From an uncultured Candidatus Saccharibacteria bacterium (GTDB lineage: Bacteria; Patescibacteriota; Saccharimonadia; Saccharimonadales; Saccharimonadaceae): a DNA stretch of 58,009 nt. Below are positions 37,251 through 46,016 of the stretch, piece after piece. The DNA lies in NCBI GenBank assembly GCA_964469535.1, contig CAYXZG010000001.1, positions 1 through 58,009 of the forward strand. The letters are read 5' to 3'. A model generated the notes under the pieces. It did not search any database and was not told the DNA's origin. It saw only the letters and a list, made by a program, of their open reading frames with translations. The number at the start of each line of letters is the position of its first letter. Position 1 is the stretch's first letter. A program made the translations under genes and the position numbers.

Positions 37251-37670
37251 AAGCACTGGCAACTACCAAATGCCAAAGTAGAATTAGCTGAAGACGGATA
37301 TGGCGACAATATCGGCATAATGGTTGAAGACAGCTATTGGAACTTACTAAATAGCTACGGATGGGAAGTTACTAAGATGATCAATGGCGGATACGGTCCT
37401 GCTAATTGGACGAATGGCGAAATAGATTACGATATAAATTCTGCACCCTTCTACTTTAATCGAACTGGAGATTATCTAAAGGAAAGCGGTAGCGATAGGA
37501 GCGGTAGGATGGCTAATCTGTGGAGCAAAGTGCCAGTACTTGTCCAATACTCAGATCGTCCCGCAATACCCAGTGTAATATATTTAGGTATTTTTGAAGA
37601 CACTGCTCCTTCTCGTGTCGACATCAATCGGCTTTCAGGTGCCACCCCCCTTCGCTGCCTCACTCAGTAG
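37251..37670 (+). other. Variable cassette F: C-terminal half of FISUMP-like domain, no start codon
   Basis: KHWQLPNAKVELAEDGYGDNIGIMVEDSYW...PLRCLTQ*; in-frame TAA at 37233-37235 just upstream. Confidence 0.78.
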
Positions 37671-37749
37671 TAGTATCCTCTAGTAGGTAGATATAATATG
37701 ATAGATATTTGCGAGCCAAGCTAGGCACTCAAAGTTGGTTTCCAAAAAC

Positions 37750-38430
37750 CTATTTTCCAAAACGACGCTGACGGCTATGGAACTCGTCGAGGACAAGCTG
37801 GACGTCGACCGGCTCGAGCGCGGGAAAATGTTTTTCGATGAAGAAAAATTCAGAATAAGCAGCACGCCAGAGCTGAAACCCAGAGATGCGTTCTTCACCG
37901 CTCGTGCGCACAATCATATCGCAATCGGGGACCTCGGGATGATAGAGGTATTTGCGGAAGCTATCGGGCGTGAAGTTAGTCTCGCCAGCAGCGAACATTT
38001 TAGCGGCGGCGTCGGCGATCTCCCATTTTCCGCCGTAATTAAAACAGTAGCAGACCGTGAGGCGGGTATTGTCTTTGGTGTCTTCTTGGACCTTCATAAT
38101 ACGTTGCCAGAGCGCGGGATCGACTGGGTCTGGACGTCCCATGATGACGATGCGGACATTCTGTTTTTGGGCTTTTTTGCCCATGCGCTCAATTGAATCG
38201 TCGAGCAGCTTCATAAGATAGGAAACCTCTTCTTCCGAACGGTCCCAATTTTCAGTACTGAAAACGAAGAAGGAAACAAACTTTACCTCAGTGTCGAGAA
38301 GGTTGTCGATGATCATCTCGACATTATCGAAACCCTTTTTGTGACCCTGAAGCGTTGGAAGCCCGCGTTCGCGCGCCCAACGACGATTGCCATCGGCAAT
38401 GAAGCCGAGATGTACAAGCTCTCCTGCCAT
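37750..38430 (-). CDS. uppS: Polyprenyl (undecaprenyl) diphosphate synthase
   Basis: HLGFIADGNRRWA, FSTENW, NYGG, RTSGEERISGF. Confidence 0.95.
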   Translation of the reverse strand: MAGELVHLGFIADGNRRWARERGLPTLQGHKKGFDNVEMIIDNLLDTEVKFVSFFVFSTENWDRSEEEVSYLMKLLDDSIERMGKKAQKQNVRIVIMGRPDPVDPALWQRIMKVQEDTKDNTRLTVCYCFNYGGKWEIADAAAKMFAAGETNFTPDSFRKYLYHPEVPDCDMIVRTSGEERISGFQLWRAAYSEFFFIEKHFPALEPVDVQLVLDEFHSRQRRFGK

Positions 38431-38972
38431 TAGAGCGCCATGATCTCCGCGCTTTTAGCCTTGAAAGCCTCGTCGATTTTGTCAGTGAAGGTTTTCGTGA
38501 GGTCGTCGACGGTCTTCTCGGCGCGTTTTTTAATATCTTCGGGCAACTCGGCGGCCTTAAGCTCCTTGCGCGCGTCTTCGCGGATATTGCGAATAGCGAT
38601 TTTGGCGTCTTCGACTTTGGCGGAGGTAGTTTTGACAATTTCTTTGCGGCGCTCTTCGGTCAGAGCAGGGATTGGTACGCGGACGACGTGACCATCATCG
38701 GAAGGATTCAGACCGAGCGAAGCATCATTACGAATCGCGGCGGCAATTGCCTGAATCGTGCTGGGGTCGAACGGAGTAATTTGGAGCATAGTGCCGCCGG
38801 AAGCAGTAACGTTGCCAACTTGATTGAGTGGCATGAACTGCCCATAAGCCTCGACTTTAATGCTAGCTAACATGTCGGGATGAGCGCGGCCAGTGCGCAC
38901 TTTTTTCATTTCTTCGTTAAAGCGCGCGACCGCCACCTCCATCGCTTTGCGATATTCTGTTTCGTCGAACAT
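38430..38972 (-). CDS. frr: Ribosome recycling factor
   Basis: VRTGRAHP, LGLNP, PALTEERRKE, RNIR. Confidence 0.95.
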   Translation of the reverse strand: MFDETEYRKAMEVAVARFNEEMKKVRTGRAHPDMLASIKVEAYGQFMPLNQVGNVTASGGTMLQITPFDPSTIQAIAAAIRNDASLGLNPSDDGHVVRVPIPALTEERRKEIVKTTSAKVEDAKIAIRNIREDARKELKAAELPEDIKKRAEKTVDDLTKTFTDKIDEAFKAKSAEIMAL

Positions 38973-39045
38973 AGTTGTTCACCTCCTTCGGGGCTTAGTT
39001 ATAAAAAGCGTCACAAGACTTCCTCTCGCAACGCTTAGATAGTAT

Positions 39046-39669
39046 CTACTCCGTGACGCCAAGCTCAAGACGTTTGAATTGACGGACCGTGATATTCTCA
39101 CCAGTTTTAGCGATGGCTTCTTTGATAAACTGCGCGACAGTAAGATTATCATCGAGAATGTAGGGCTGTTCCATGAGAACCTTATCAGAGAAGGCTTTTT
39201 TCACTTGGCCACCGATGATTTGGTCTTTCATGTTTTCAGGACCATGAAAATTGGCTTCAAATTCTTTTTTCTTTTCATTCAAAACATCTTCGGGAATGTC
39301 GTCAATAGAGACGTAGACTGGGTTCATAGAGGCAATTTGCATGGCGAGCTTGTGTGCTAGATCCTTGAACTCATCAGTTTTGGCAACGAAACTGGTCTCG
39401 CAGTTGACCTCTACGATGGCGCCTAGGCGGCCGTCGTGCACGTAGCTTTCGATAATTCCTTCTCTAGTCTCACGGTCGCCGCGTTTTTCCGCCTTCGTCA
39501 TACCTTTTTTGCGCATGGCGTCGAGGGCTTTGTCGAAATCTCCCTTCGCTTCGACGAGGGCCTGTTTTGCGTCTGTCAGGCCAACTCCGGAGAGCTCCTT
39601 GAGTTTTTTGATCAATTCAATGGAGATAGCTTTCACTTCTCCGGCTTTTGCTTTGAGTTCTTCGCTCAT
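39046..39669 (-). CDS. tsf: Elongation factor Ts (short form)
   Basis: SGVGLTDAKQAL, EVNCETSFVA, GENITVRQF. Confidence 0.95.
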   Translation of the reverse strand: MSEELKAKAGEVKAISIELIKKLKELSGVGLTDAKQALVEAKGDFDKALDAMRKKGMTKAEKRGDRETREGIIESYVHDGRLGAIVEVNCETSFVAKTDEFKDLAHKLAMQIASMNPVYVSIDDIPEDVLNEKKKEFEANFHGPENMKDQIIGGQVKKAFSDKVLMEQPYILDDNLTVAQFIKEAIAKTGENITVRQFKRLELGVTE

Positions 39670-39708
39670 GTTCCTCCTTAGATTGTTAGTATGAAGTCTA
39701 GAATTAAA

Positions 39709-40410
39709 TTATTTCTTGATTTCGCCAGCTTTGATTGCGGCAACAAAATAGTCTAGCAAAAGCTGGACGGATTTAATCGCATCGTCGTTCGCAGGAATGA
39801 CGTAATCAATATTTGTTGGGTCAACGTTAGTGTCGGTGATGGCAAAGACTGGGATATGCAGAGCATTTGCTTCTTTAACGGCGTTCTTGTCCTGGCAGGC
39901 GTCAACAACAATCAAAGCCGCCGGCTGTTCGTTCATGTCTTTGATACCGCCGTAACGTTCGTTCAAGAGGTCAATTTCTTCTTGATAGCGCTGTACTTCT
40001 AGCTTAGAATAGCGGGCTTCCAGTTCGCCGGAAGCCATGCGACGCTCGAGGTCTTTAAGCTTCTTAATTTGACGGTTCACGGTTTCGACATTAGTCAAGA
40101 TACCACCAACCCAACGAACCGTTACATACGGCATGTCGACCGATTCTGCAGCGGCTTTCGTAATATCTTTAAGCTGCTTTTTGGTACCGACAAAGAGAAT
40201 CTTTTTGCCGCTTGCGGTGATCTTGGTCAGCTCAGGAAGAGCAGCTTCGAGAGCCTCGACGGTTTTCTCAAGGTTGATAATATGGCCACCTTGGCGTTTG
40301 CTATGAATGTACGGCGCCATCTTCGGGTGCCAGCGGCTGGTTTTGTGGCCAAAATGGGCGCCCGCATCGAGGAGGGCTTTGATATCGATATTTTTTGGAT
40401 CGACGGTCAT
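39709..40410 (-). CDS. rpsB: 30S ribosomal protein S2
   Basis: AGAHFGH, WHPKM, RWVGGILTN, DTN.DP, IPANDDAI. Confidence 0.97.
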   Translation of the reverse strand: MTVDPKNIDIKALLDAGAHFGHKTSRWHPKMAPYIHSKRQGGHIINLEKTVEALEAALPELTKITASGKKILFVGTKKQLKDITKAAAESVDMPYVTVRWVGGILTNVETVNRQIKKLKDLERRMASGELEARYSKLEVQRYQEEIDLLNERYGGIKDMNEQPAALIVVDACQDKNAVKEANALHIPVFAITDTNVDPTNIDYVIPANDDAIKSVQLLLDYFVAAIKAGEIKK

Positions 40411-40429
40411 TTGGTTATCCTTTCGCTTT

Positions 40430-40472
40430 GCTATGGGACAGATCTAGAAAAGATCAGGAAACCTCCCATAGC
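40430..40472 (-). promoter_or_regulatory. Structured 5' leader of rpsB (possible autoregulatory element)
   Basis: GCTATGGGA...TCCCATAGC stem with inner GATCT/AGATC, just upstream of the rpsB SD. Confidence 0.4.
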
Positions 40473-40610
40473 TGTTTCGTTTAATAATTTACTTTTTCAT
40501 TATAGCGAAACTATTAAGTTATGTCAAATATTTTTCTACTACTGGGCGATTCGAAAGTTGTTTTAATTCCCTTTACTTTAGAGAGTAAGTGTGGTAAACT
40601 AGGGTGAATT

Positions 40611-40946
40611 ATGAGTAATAAAGTTGTACAACCTAAAGAATATCGCTCTGTCGTGTTCATGGATGAGGCGGCGAATTATTCGTTCTTGACTCGTTCGACT
40701 GCACAAAGCGAAGAGACCATCAAATGGGAAGATGGTAAAGAATATCCACTAATCAAGGTGCAGATTTCTTCGGCTTCACACCCGTTCTATACTGGCGAAG
40801 AAAAGATTATCGATACCGAAGGTCGCGTTGACCGCTTCAAGGCTCGTGCAGAGCGCGCTGCAAAATTGCGGGCTACGCTTGGGAATAAGGCAAAAAAGGC
40901 CGAAAAAGAGGCTGCGAAGAAAGCCGAAAAGGCCAAAGCTGAGTAG
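40611..40946 (+). CDS. rpmE: 50S ribosomal protein L31 type B
   Basis: [31 protein letters not shown]; no Zn cysteines. Confidence 0.93.
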   Translation: MSNKVVQPKEYRSVVFMDEAANYSFLTRSTAQSEETIKWEDGKEYPLIKVQISSASHPFYTGEEKIIDTEGRVDRFKARAERAAKLRATLGNKAKKAEKEAAKKAEKAKAE

Positions 40947-41008
40947 GATTAGTCGCGCTCAGGAGCCAGGTGGAGTTTCTTCGGGTAGTAGAAGACTAGA
41001 AGACAGAG

Positions 41009-41041
41009 AAAATCCCCGCTTCTTTCGAAGCAGGGATTTTT
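41009..41041. terminator. Bidirectional terminator
   Basis: AAAATCCCCGCTTC-TTTC-GAAGCAGGGATTTT. Confidence 0.75.
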
Positions 41042-41118
41042 GGTAGAAATTGTAAGAGATCGAGGTTTAGTTTAGGAACGTTTTAGAAGAAGTTGCTTAA
41101 GGTCGTGCTAGCGGGCGT

Positions 41119-41292
41119 TTAGCCCCACGGGTGCATCTGCTTCCACTCATACTCGCGCTTGGCGAGTTCGGTCTCGTGGACCGTACCATCGGTCGCGGTA
41201 TGAACGGTGCTGGTGCTGGTGCTAGCCCCAGCCATGAACGCGTCCTTTTCCGACGTATACGGACGTCCGTCCTGGCCATAATAGATCCCCAC
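41119..41292 (-). CDS. Candidate 57-aa small protein MGIYYGQDGRPYTSEKDAFMAGASTSTSTVHTATDGTVHETELAKREYEWKQMHPWG
   Basis: GTG start after AAAGGGGG SD; TTGACA-N16-TATAAT promoter upstream; internal duplicated DG..Y/H..E motif. Confidence 0.55.
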   Translation of the reverse strand: MGIYYGQDGRPYTSEKDAFMAGASTSTSTVHTATDGTVHETELAKREYEWKQMHPWG

Positions 41293-41393
41293 GCATAGTC
41301 CCCCTTTCTATGAGCTACCTTCTCTACCACAAAGGTGCGAAAAATAGGACGAAATTGCCCTATCTCTTTATTATATCAAAGATTTCTATTTTG

Positions 41394-44300
41394 TCAATAC
41401 TTTTTGGCCGAATTTGCTAATTTCTGGGTATTGTCGGAAGATTTTTGTGATTTTTCAAGTACTTTTTCGACAAAAGCGTGAATTTGCGGAAGTCGAGCGT
41501 TTTCATCTGGTGGCAGGAAAAGCTCGGGGTCATTAACAAAATCAAGCGTAGTGAGCTGGTAGTAGACAGCTTTGACTAGCTGTTTCAGCTCTCGCTCGTC
41601 ATCGTCGTTATATTCATAGACCGCATCAAAAACCTGGTTATCGTTCTTTTCGTCAGCCGAAACGAAGAGGATATGACCGCGGGAAATCTTGTAATTGTGA
41701 TAGGTCGGGGAGAGATTGAGCAGGAGCTTGTAGAACCCAAGCTGTAAGCGATATTTATAGAGCGTAGGATCGGAGTTCCACTTGCCGGAATGCGGAGAGC
41801 CGGTTTTATAGTCATAGATTTCAAGGGTTTTGGCCGCAGGGTCGAGCTCGATATGATCGATCTTGCCGGTGAGCGGAACATTATCGAGAACTGGGCGCTC
41901 AGAGGCGAGATTAACTTCAGCCTTGGCGTGCTCATGTCGAATAATCGAGCGGAATTCACGCAGGGCGATTTCGAGGCTATGCGTGCCTTTCTCGATGAGG
42001 TTTTGACGTTCTTCCGGCTCGAGGGCGACGTGAGCAGCATTACTCTGGAAAAACTCCAGAGCAGCGGCGTCGTCAAGTTTTTGATTAGTAATTTGTTCAA
42101 AAGTGGCGTGGAGGAGATTGCCGTAGTAGATCGAAAAATTAGCTGGTTCGTCGGGAGCATGCAAGACGCGGCGCTGGTAAGTTTTTTCGGGGCCAGCGAA
42201 CGTCAGATCGATAAAACTAGTCAAATCGGACGCCGAAAGACGGTATGAAGACATGCGCGCACGGAGGAGGGGCAAAATATCGTCAGGTAGATTTTGCTGA
42301 TAGGCGGAAATCCAGTTGAGGCGCTTTGTCTCGATTTTCTCGGCGGATGAAAGGTCTTGAGCGTGGATTTGGATATTCTGGGCAGATTCGGGCAAAAAGG
42401 GCGAGAGGTTCGAGGCACTTTCACGACTTTCTTCTTGGAGATAGGAGAGGCGATGGATCTCTTTGCCGCTCGCGTTGACGCGGGCATTAGTAAGATAGAG
42501 CGATTGTTTTGCTCGGGTCACGGCAACAAAGAAAACCCGGAGCTTTTCGTCGTCACTAATGCCGGTATGGCGAATTTGAACGAGATTCTTCGGGAGAGCA
42601 AGGAGGTTATTATTCCCTTTTGCCTTGCCCCACGCGGCATCGTCGACCGACGTGAGGAAGACATGCTTAAATTCGAGGCCTTTACTCTTAAAAGCGGTCA
42701 TGACTTGGATGGCTTGACCAGTGTCGCGATAGGTACTAATGCGCATAATTTCGGAGCCGGCGCTCTCATAGTCGTCAAGCGTTGCCACAAAATCGGCGAG
42801 GGTCGGCATGAGGTCGGGCTGGGACGGGTGAAGGTTCTTCGCGTGAGCGAGAACGGTCTGGCGCAGAGTCGAAAGGCCATCGTAGAATTCGAGCAATTCG
42901 GCATCGCTGGCGGTTTTTTGAAAATAGGCGAGGTAGGGCGAGGTCCAGCCGTCGAGCGGGCGTGCGCCGATGAGATAATCGAGCCAGAGCTCGAGCGGCA
43001 CCGTCGCGGACTTAGTTGCGAGGGCGGCAAAGAAATTGCCTAGAGACGCTAATTTAGGTTCACCAGCTAAATAGTCTAAGGTGGATTTTGTTGCGCTGGA
43101 TTGATCATTACGAGCAAATTCGACTGAGCGGATGACTTCGGCGGGCGGAATTTGCCAAAAATCAAAGGACAAAATTTCAAGAAGTTGGTGAAGCGGGCGA
43201 AGACCGGACGCCAGCGCAGAAATAAATCGTGCGAGCGTAAGCAAAGGTCGAATTTTGGCGTCTTGGAGGAGGTTGTCGCGCTTTTCGTAAGTAATATCGA
43301 GATGCTGCGCCTTCAGGTATGGTAAAAGTGGAATAATGTTTTTATGCTTCGGCGCGAGGATTGCGATTTCGGTCGGATCTTCGCCGCCGTCGATCAGATC
43401 ACGGATTTTTTGCGCAATCCAAAAATATTCAGCCTCGCTACTCGGAAATTCGTGACGCGAGATCTGTGGCCACTTCGGAGCACCATTCCATTCGTCTTGC
43501 ATTGAATGAAGATTTTTATCGATCTGATAGTTTTTGGCAAAACTATCGTTGATTTGGGCTGCGATCTTTTGCGAAAGAGCAAGGACTTCGCCATTACTGC
43601 GGTAATTCTTAATCAAAGTAATAATTTTAGCATCAAAATGTTTCTGAAAATCCATGAGGTTCGAGGCATTCGCACCCTGAAACTCATAAATCGCCTGATC
43701 GTCGTCGCCTACGGCCATAATGATGGGCTTTTCGTAGTCGGTAAGGAGACGAATCAGCTCAAATTGCGAGGTATTTGTGTCCTGGAATTCATCGAGCAGA
43801 ACGTACTGGAAGAGTTCGGAGAGGTTTGCGCGAAAGCCAGGATCGGTTTTAAGATAATGAATCGCATATTCAATCATATCGCTAAAGTCGAAGAGGCCGT
43901 TTGCGCGAAGATGCTGATCGTACGATTCCATCACTCCGGCGAGCGAAAGCAGTTTTCTATTCGCAATTGTGTCGGAAAGGCGGTAGGAAATTCCCGCGTC
44001 AGTTTCCCTGGTTTCGAGATATTTACGCTTCCAAGCCGAGAGGGGCTGGACACTGGGCTTTGCAGCGGACGCAGCTTCGTCAATAACAGAGTTCAGCTCA
44101 CGCGCCATCGTATTCGCAGTGCGCTCTATCGAACCAGCGATCGGATCGGGCGAGGTGTATTTGGCTAAAATTTCGAGGGTAGGTTGATAAATTTGGGTGA
44201 GCGCTACGTCAAATTTACAACGGGCCGGTGCACCTAAGAAGATCGGCGAGAGTTCGGCACTAATCGCGTTACTATCCTCGATATTGGTCTCGGCGATCTT

Positions 44301-44771
44301 GCGCAGATCGGCAGCCGTCAAGCGGGCGGATTTGGCGTTCGCGATCGTATCGACAAGATCTTTGGTCGCGGCGGATTTCAGAATATCGGTTGCAGGTAAC
44401 TTTTTTTGAAGATCGGCGACGATTTTATACTGGACGGTCTGGTCGATTGGCGCATCGAGTTTCCGATCGAGGGTTTCGGCGTAAGTTTTATAACGATCGA
44501 GCAAGTTAGCGCCGAACGCGTGATAGGTATAGGTATTCACGCTCAGCGCAGCTTCACCGATCATGGTCTGAAGACGGTCGCGCATATTTTCGGCCCCAGC
44601 ATCGGTAAAAGTCAGACAGAGGATGTTCTCTGGGTTCGCATCGGTATGCTCAAGAATGTAGGCCACCTTCGCGGAGAGAAGCTGTGTTTTGCCCGTGCCG
44701 GGACCAGCGAGGACGAGGAGTGGGCCCTCCAGATATTCGACTGCGGCTTGTTGTTCTTGATTCAGGGGCAT
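41394..44771 (-). CDS. UvrD/PcrA-like ATP-dependent helicase with C-terminal PD-(D/E)XK nuclease (AdnB/AddA-like)
   Basis: AGPGTGKT, LDEFQD, VGDDDQAIY.FQGA, NYRS, SKGLEF, VAVTRAK; GKIDHI...YDYKTG. Confidence 0.9.
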   Translation of the reverse strand: MPLNQEQQAAVEYLEGPLLVLAGPGTGKTQLLSAKVAYILEHTDANPENILCLTFTDAGAENMRDRLQTMIGEAALSVNTYTYHAFGANLLDRYKTYAETLDRKLDAPIDQTVQYKIVADLQKKLPATDILKSAATKDLVDTIANAKSARLTAADLRKIAETNIEDSNAISAELSPIFLGAPARCKFDVALTQIYQPTLEILAKYTSPDPIAGSIERTANTMARELNSVIDEAASAAKPSVQPLSAWKRKYLETRETDAGISYRLSDTIANRKLLSLAGVMESYDQHLRANGLFDFSDMIEYAIHYLKTDPGFRANLSELFQYVLLDEFQDTNTSQFELIRLLTDYEKPIIMAVGDDDQAIYEFQGANASNLMDFQKHFDAKIITLIKNYRSNGEVLALSQKIAAQINDSFAKNYQIDKNLHSMQDEWNGAPKWPQISRHEFPSSEAEYFWIAQKIRDLIDGGEDPTEIAILAPKHKNIIPLLPYLKAQHLDITYEKRDNLLQDAKIRPLLTLARFISALASGLRPLHQLLEILSFDFWQIPPAEVIRSVEFARNDQSSATKSTLDYLAGEPKLASLGNFFAALATKSATVPLELWLDYLIGARPLDGWTSPYLAYFQKTASDAELLEFYDGLSTLRQTVLAHAKNLHPSQPDLMPTLADFVATLDDYESAGSEIMRISTYRDTGQAIQVMTAFKSKGLEFKHVFLTSVDDAAWGKAKGNNNLLALPKNLVQIRHTGISDDEKLRVFFVAVTRAKQSLYLTNARVNASGKEIHRLSYLQEESRESASNLSPFLPESAQNIQIHAQDLSSAEKIETKRLNWISAYQQNLPDDILPLLRARMSSYRLSASDLTSFIDLTFAGPEKTYQRRVLHAPDEPANFSIYYGNLLHATFEQITNQKLDDAAALEFFQSNAAHVALEPEERQNLIEKGTHSLEIALREFRSIIRHEHAKAEVNLASERPVLDNVPLTGKIDHIELDPAAKTLEIYDYKTGSPHSGKWNSDPTLYKYRLQLGFYKLLLNLSPTYHNYKISRGHILFVSADEKNDNQVFDAVYEYNDDDERELKQLVKAVYYQLTTLDFVNDPELFLPPDENARLPQIHAFVEKVLEKSQKSSDNTQKLANSAKKY

Positions 44772-45965
44772 TTATTTGCGCTCCAGGATGACGAGATTCT
44801 CAAGGTGCGGCGTGCGCGGAAAAAAATTGAAAGGTATCACTTTTTTGATGGAATAGCCGGCAAGCAGAATGGCAAGATCACGCGCCTGCGTAGCAGGGTT
44901 GCAAGATAGATAGACGATCTGTATCGGTCGAACCTCTAGAAATTTTTCTAGTAACTCTGGACGACATCCGGCGCGAGGCGGATCGACAATAACGGTTTGC
45001 ATGGGCTGAATATAACCAAGCGCAGCCTCGGACTTTGCAAGAACTGGCCGTGCGGAAGTATTTTGGCAATTTTGCTCAAGTTCGCGATAGGCCGATTTGT
45101 CGCATTCGACGAGAACAAGATTACGGTCGCGCGCAACCGATAGGCCGATCGTCCCCACTCCGGCATACAGATCTAAGACTTGATCCGTCACGATATGCTG
45201 CGCAATTTCACGCAAGGCAAGTTCGTAGACTGGCAAGTTGATCTGGAAAAAACCGTTTGGCGAGTAGGAATAGATCTCGCCGAGGATTGTGTCCGTAAGT
45301 TGTGCAAATTGTGGGTGCGGACGGTGGTTTTCGAGCAAGCCGCCGCTAACTTGGCCGTTTTGGTCGCAGCGAAGCAGAAGAGATTGATACTTATGCGCTT
45401 CTTCGCCGCGAGCGTTTAAATCGGCGACGATCTCTTGCGCACGCGCAAAAATCTCGGATCGCTCGAGACTTGAAGTGTGAGCAATAACCTTTTGGTGGCT
45501 ACCACGAGCCCGAAAAGTTGGATAGATTTTGGCGCTCGCATGATCATAATAAAGCGCATACTCCATCTTATTGCGATAGAAAAACTCGCGGCGGTCGGTC
45601 TGGACTGGCAAAATTTCAGTTTCTGGATACGAAAGGTGATGTTGACGAAAAAGTTCAATGAGGAGTTCGCGCTTGGCGAAAAGCTCAAGCTCATAGGTCA
45701 TGATTTGCCAGGGTGAAGTCGAGAGGAAGCAATCGTCTCGTGGCGCAATTCGATACGCCGATGGATGGTCGATTTTAGTCGCAATCGCTTCCACAAAGGA
45801 GCTCTTCTCTTTCGTAATGCGCGCTGCGACGACTTCCTCATCTGGCAGAGCATTCCAAAGGAAGATTTTTTTGCCGCTGGCAAGAGTCCCGAGTGCTTGT
45901 CCGCCAGGAATGAGTTTATCGATCTTTATGCGTTCTGTGATATATTCTTCCGGTTTTTTCAGCAT
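44772..45965 (-). CDS. RlmD/TrmA-family RNA (uracil-5)-methyltransferase
   Basis: TRAM-like N-terminus, FFQIN, LDLYAGVG, VDPPRAG, YLSCNP.TQARD, FPRTPHLE. Confidence 0.9.
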   Translation of the reverse strand: MLKKPEEYITERIKIDKLIPGGQALGTLASGKKIFLWNALPDEEVVAARITKEKSSFVEAIATKIDHPSAYRIAPRDDCFLSTSPWQIMTYELELFAKRELLIELFRQHHLSYPETEILPVQTDRREFFYRNKMEYALYYDHASAKIYPTFRARGSHQKVIAHTSSLERSEIFARAQEIVADLNARGEEAHKYQSLLLRCDQNGQVSGGLLENHRPHPQFAQLTDTILGEIYSYSPNGFFQINLPVYELALREIAQHIVTDQVLDLYAGVGTIGLSVARDRNLVLVECDKSAYRELEQNCQNTSARPVLAKSEAALGYIQPMQTVIVDPPRAGCRPELLEKFLEVRPIQIVYLSCNPATQARDLAILLAGYSIKKVIPFNFFPRTPHLENLVILERK

Positions 45966-46016
45966 AATTGCGGGTTTCTGCGGTTTTTGCTCATTTATTA
46001 TTCGTCTGGTGATATA

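Noticed and set aside
204-37269. CRISPR array or integron cassette array
   Set aside because: Repeats are dispersed, in both orientations and embedded in reading frames. There are no regular 30-40-bp spacers, cas genes, integrase or tandem attC organisation.
198-37709. Diversity-generating retroelement (TR/VR pairs) as the explanation for the cassettes
   Set aside because: No reverse transcriptase in the window. Cassettes differ by indels and at all four bases, including synonymous C/T changes, rather than the adenine-specific substitution pattern. A remote DGR acting on the expressed gene cannot be excluded.
41097-41330. 77-aa ORF from the track, or a tmRNA/RNase P/SRP RNA in this gap
   Set aside because: No hallmark motifs of those RNAs were recognised. 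The alternative frame 41119-41292 has a better SD and more protein-like content.
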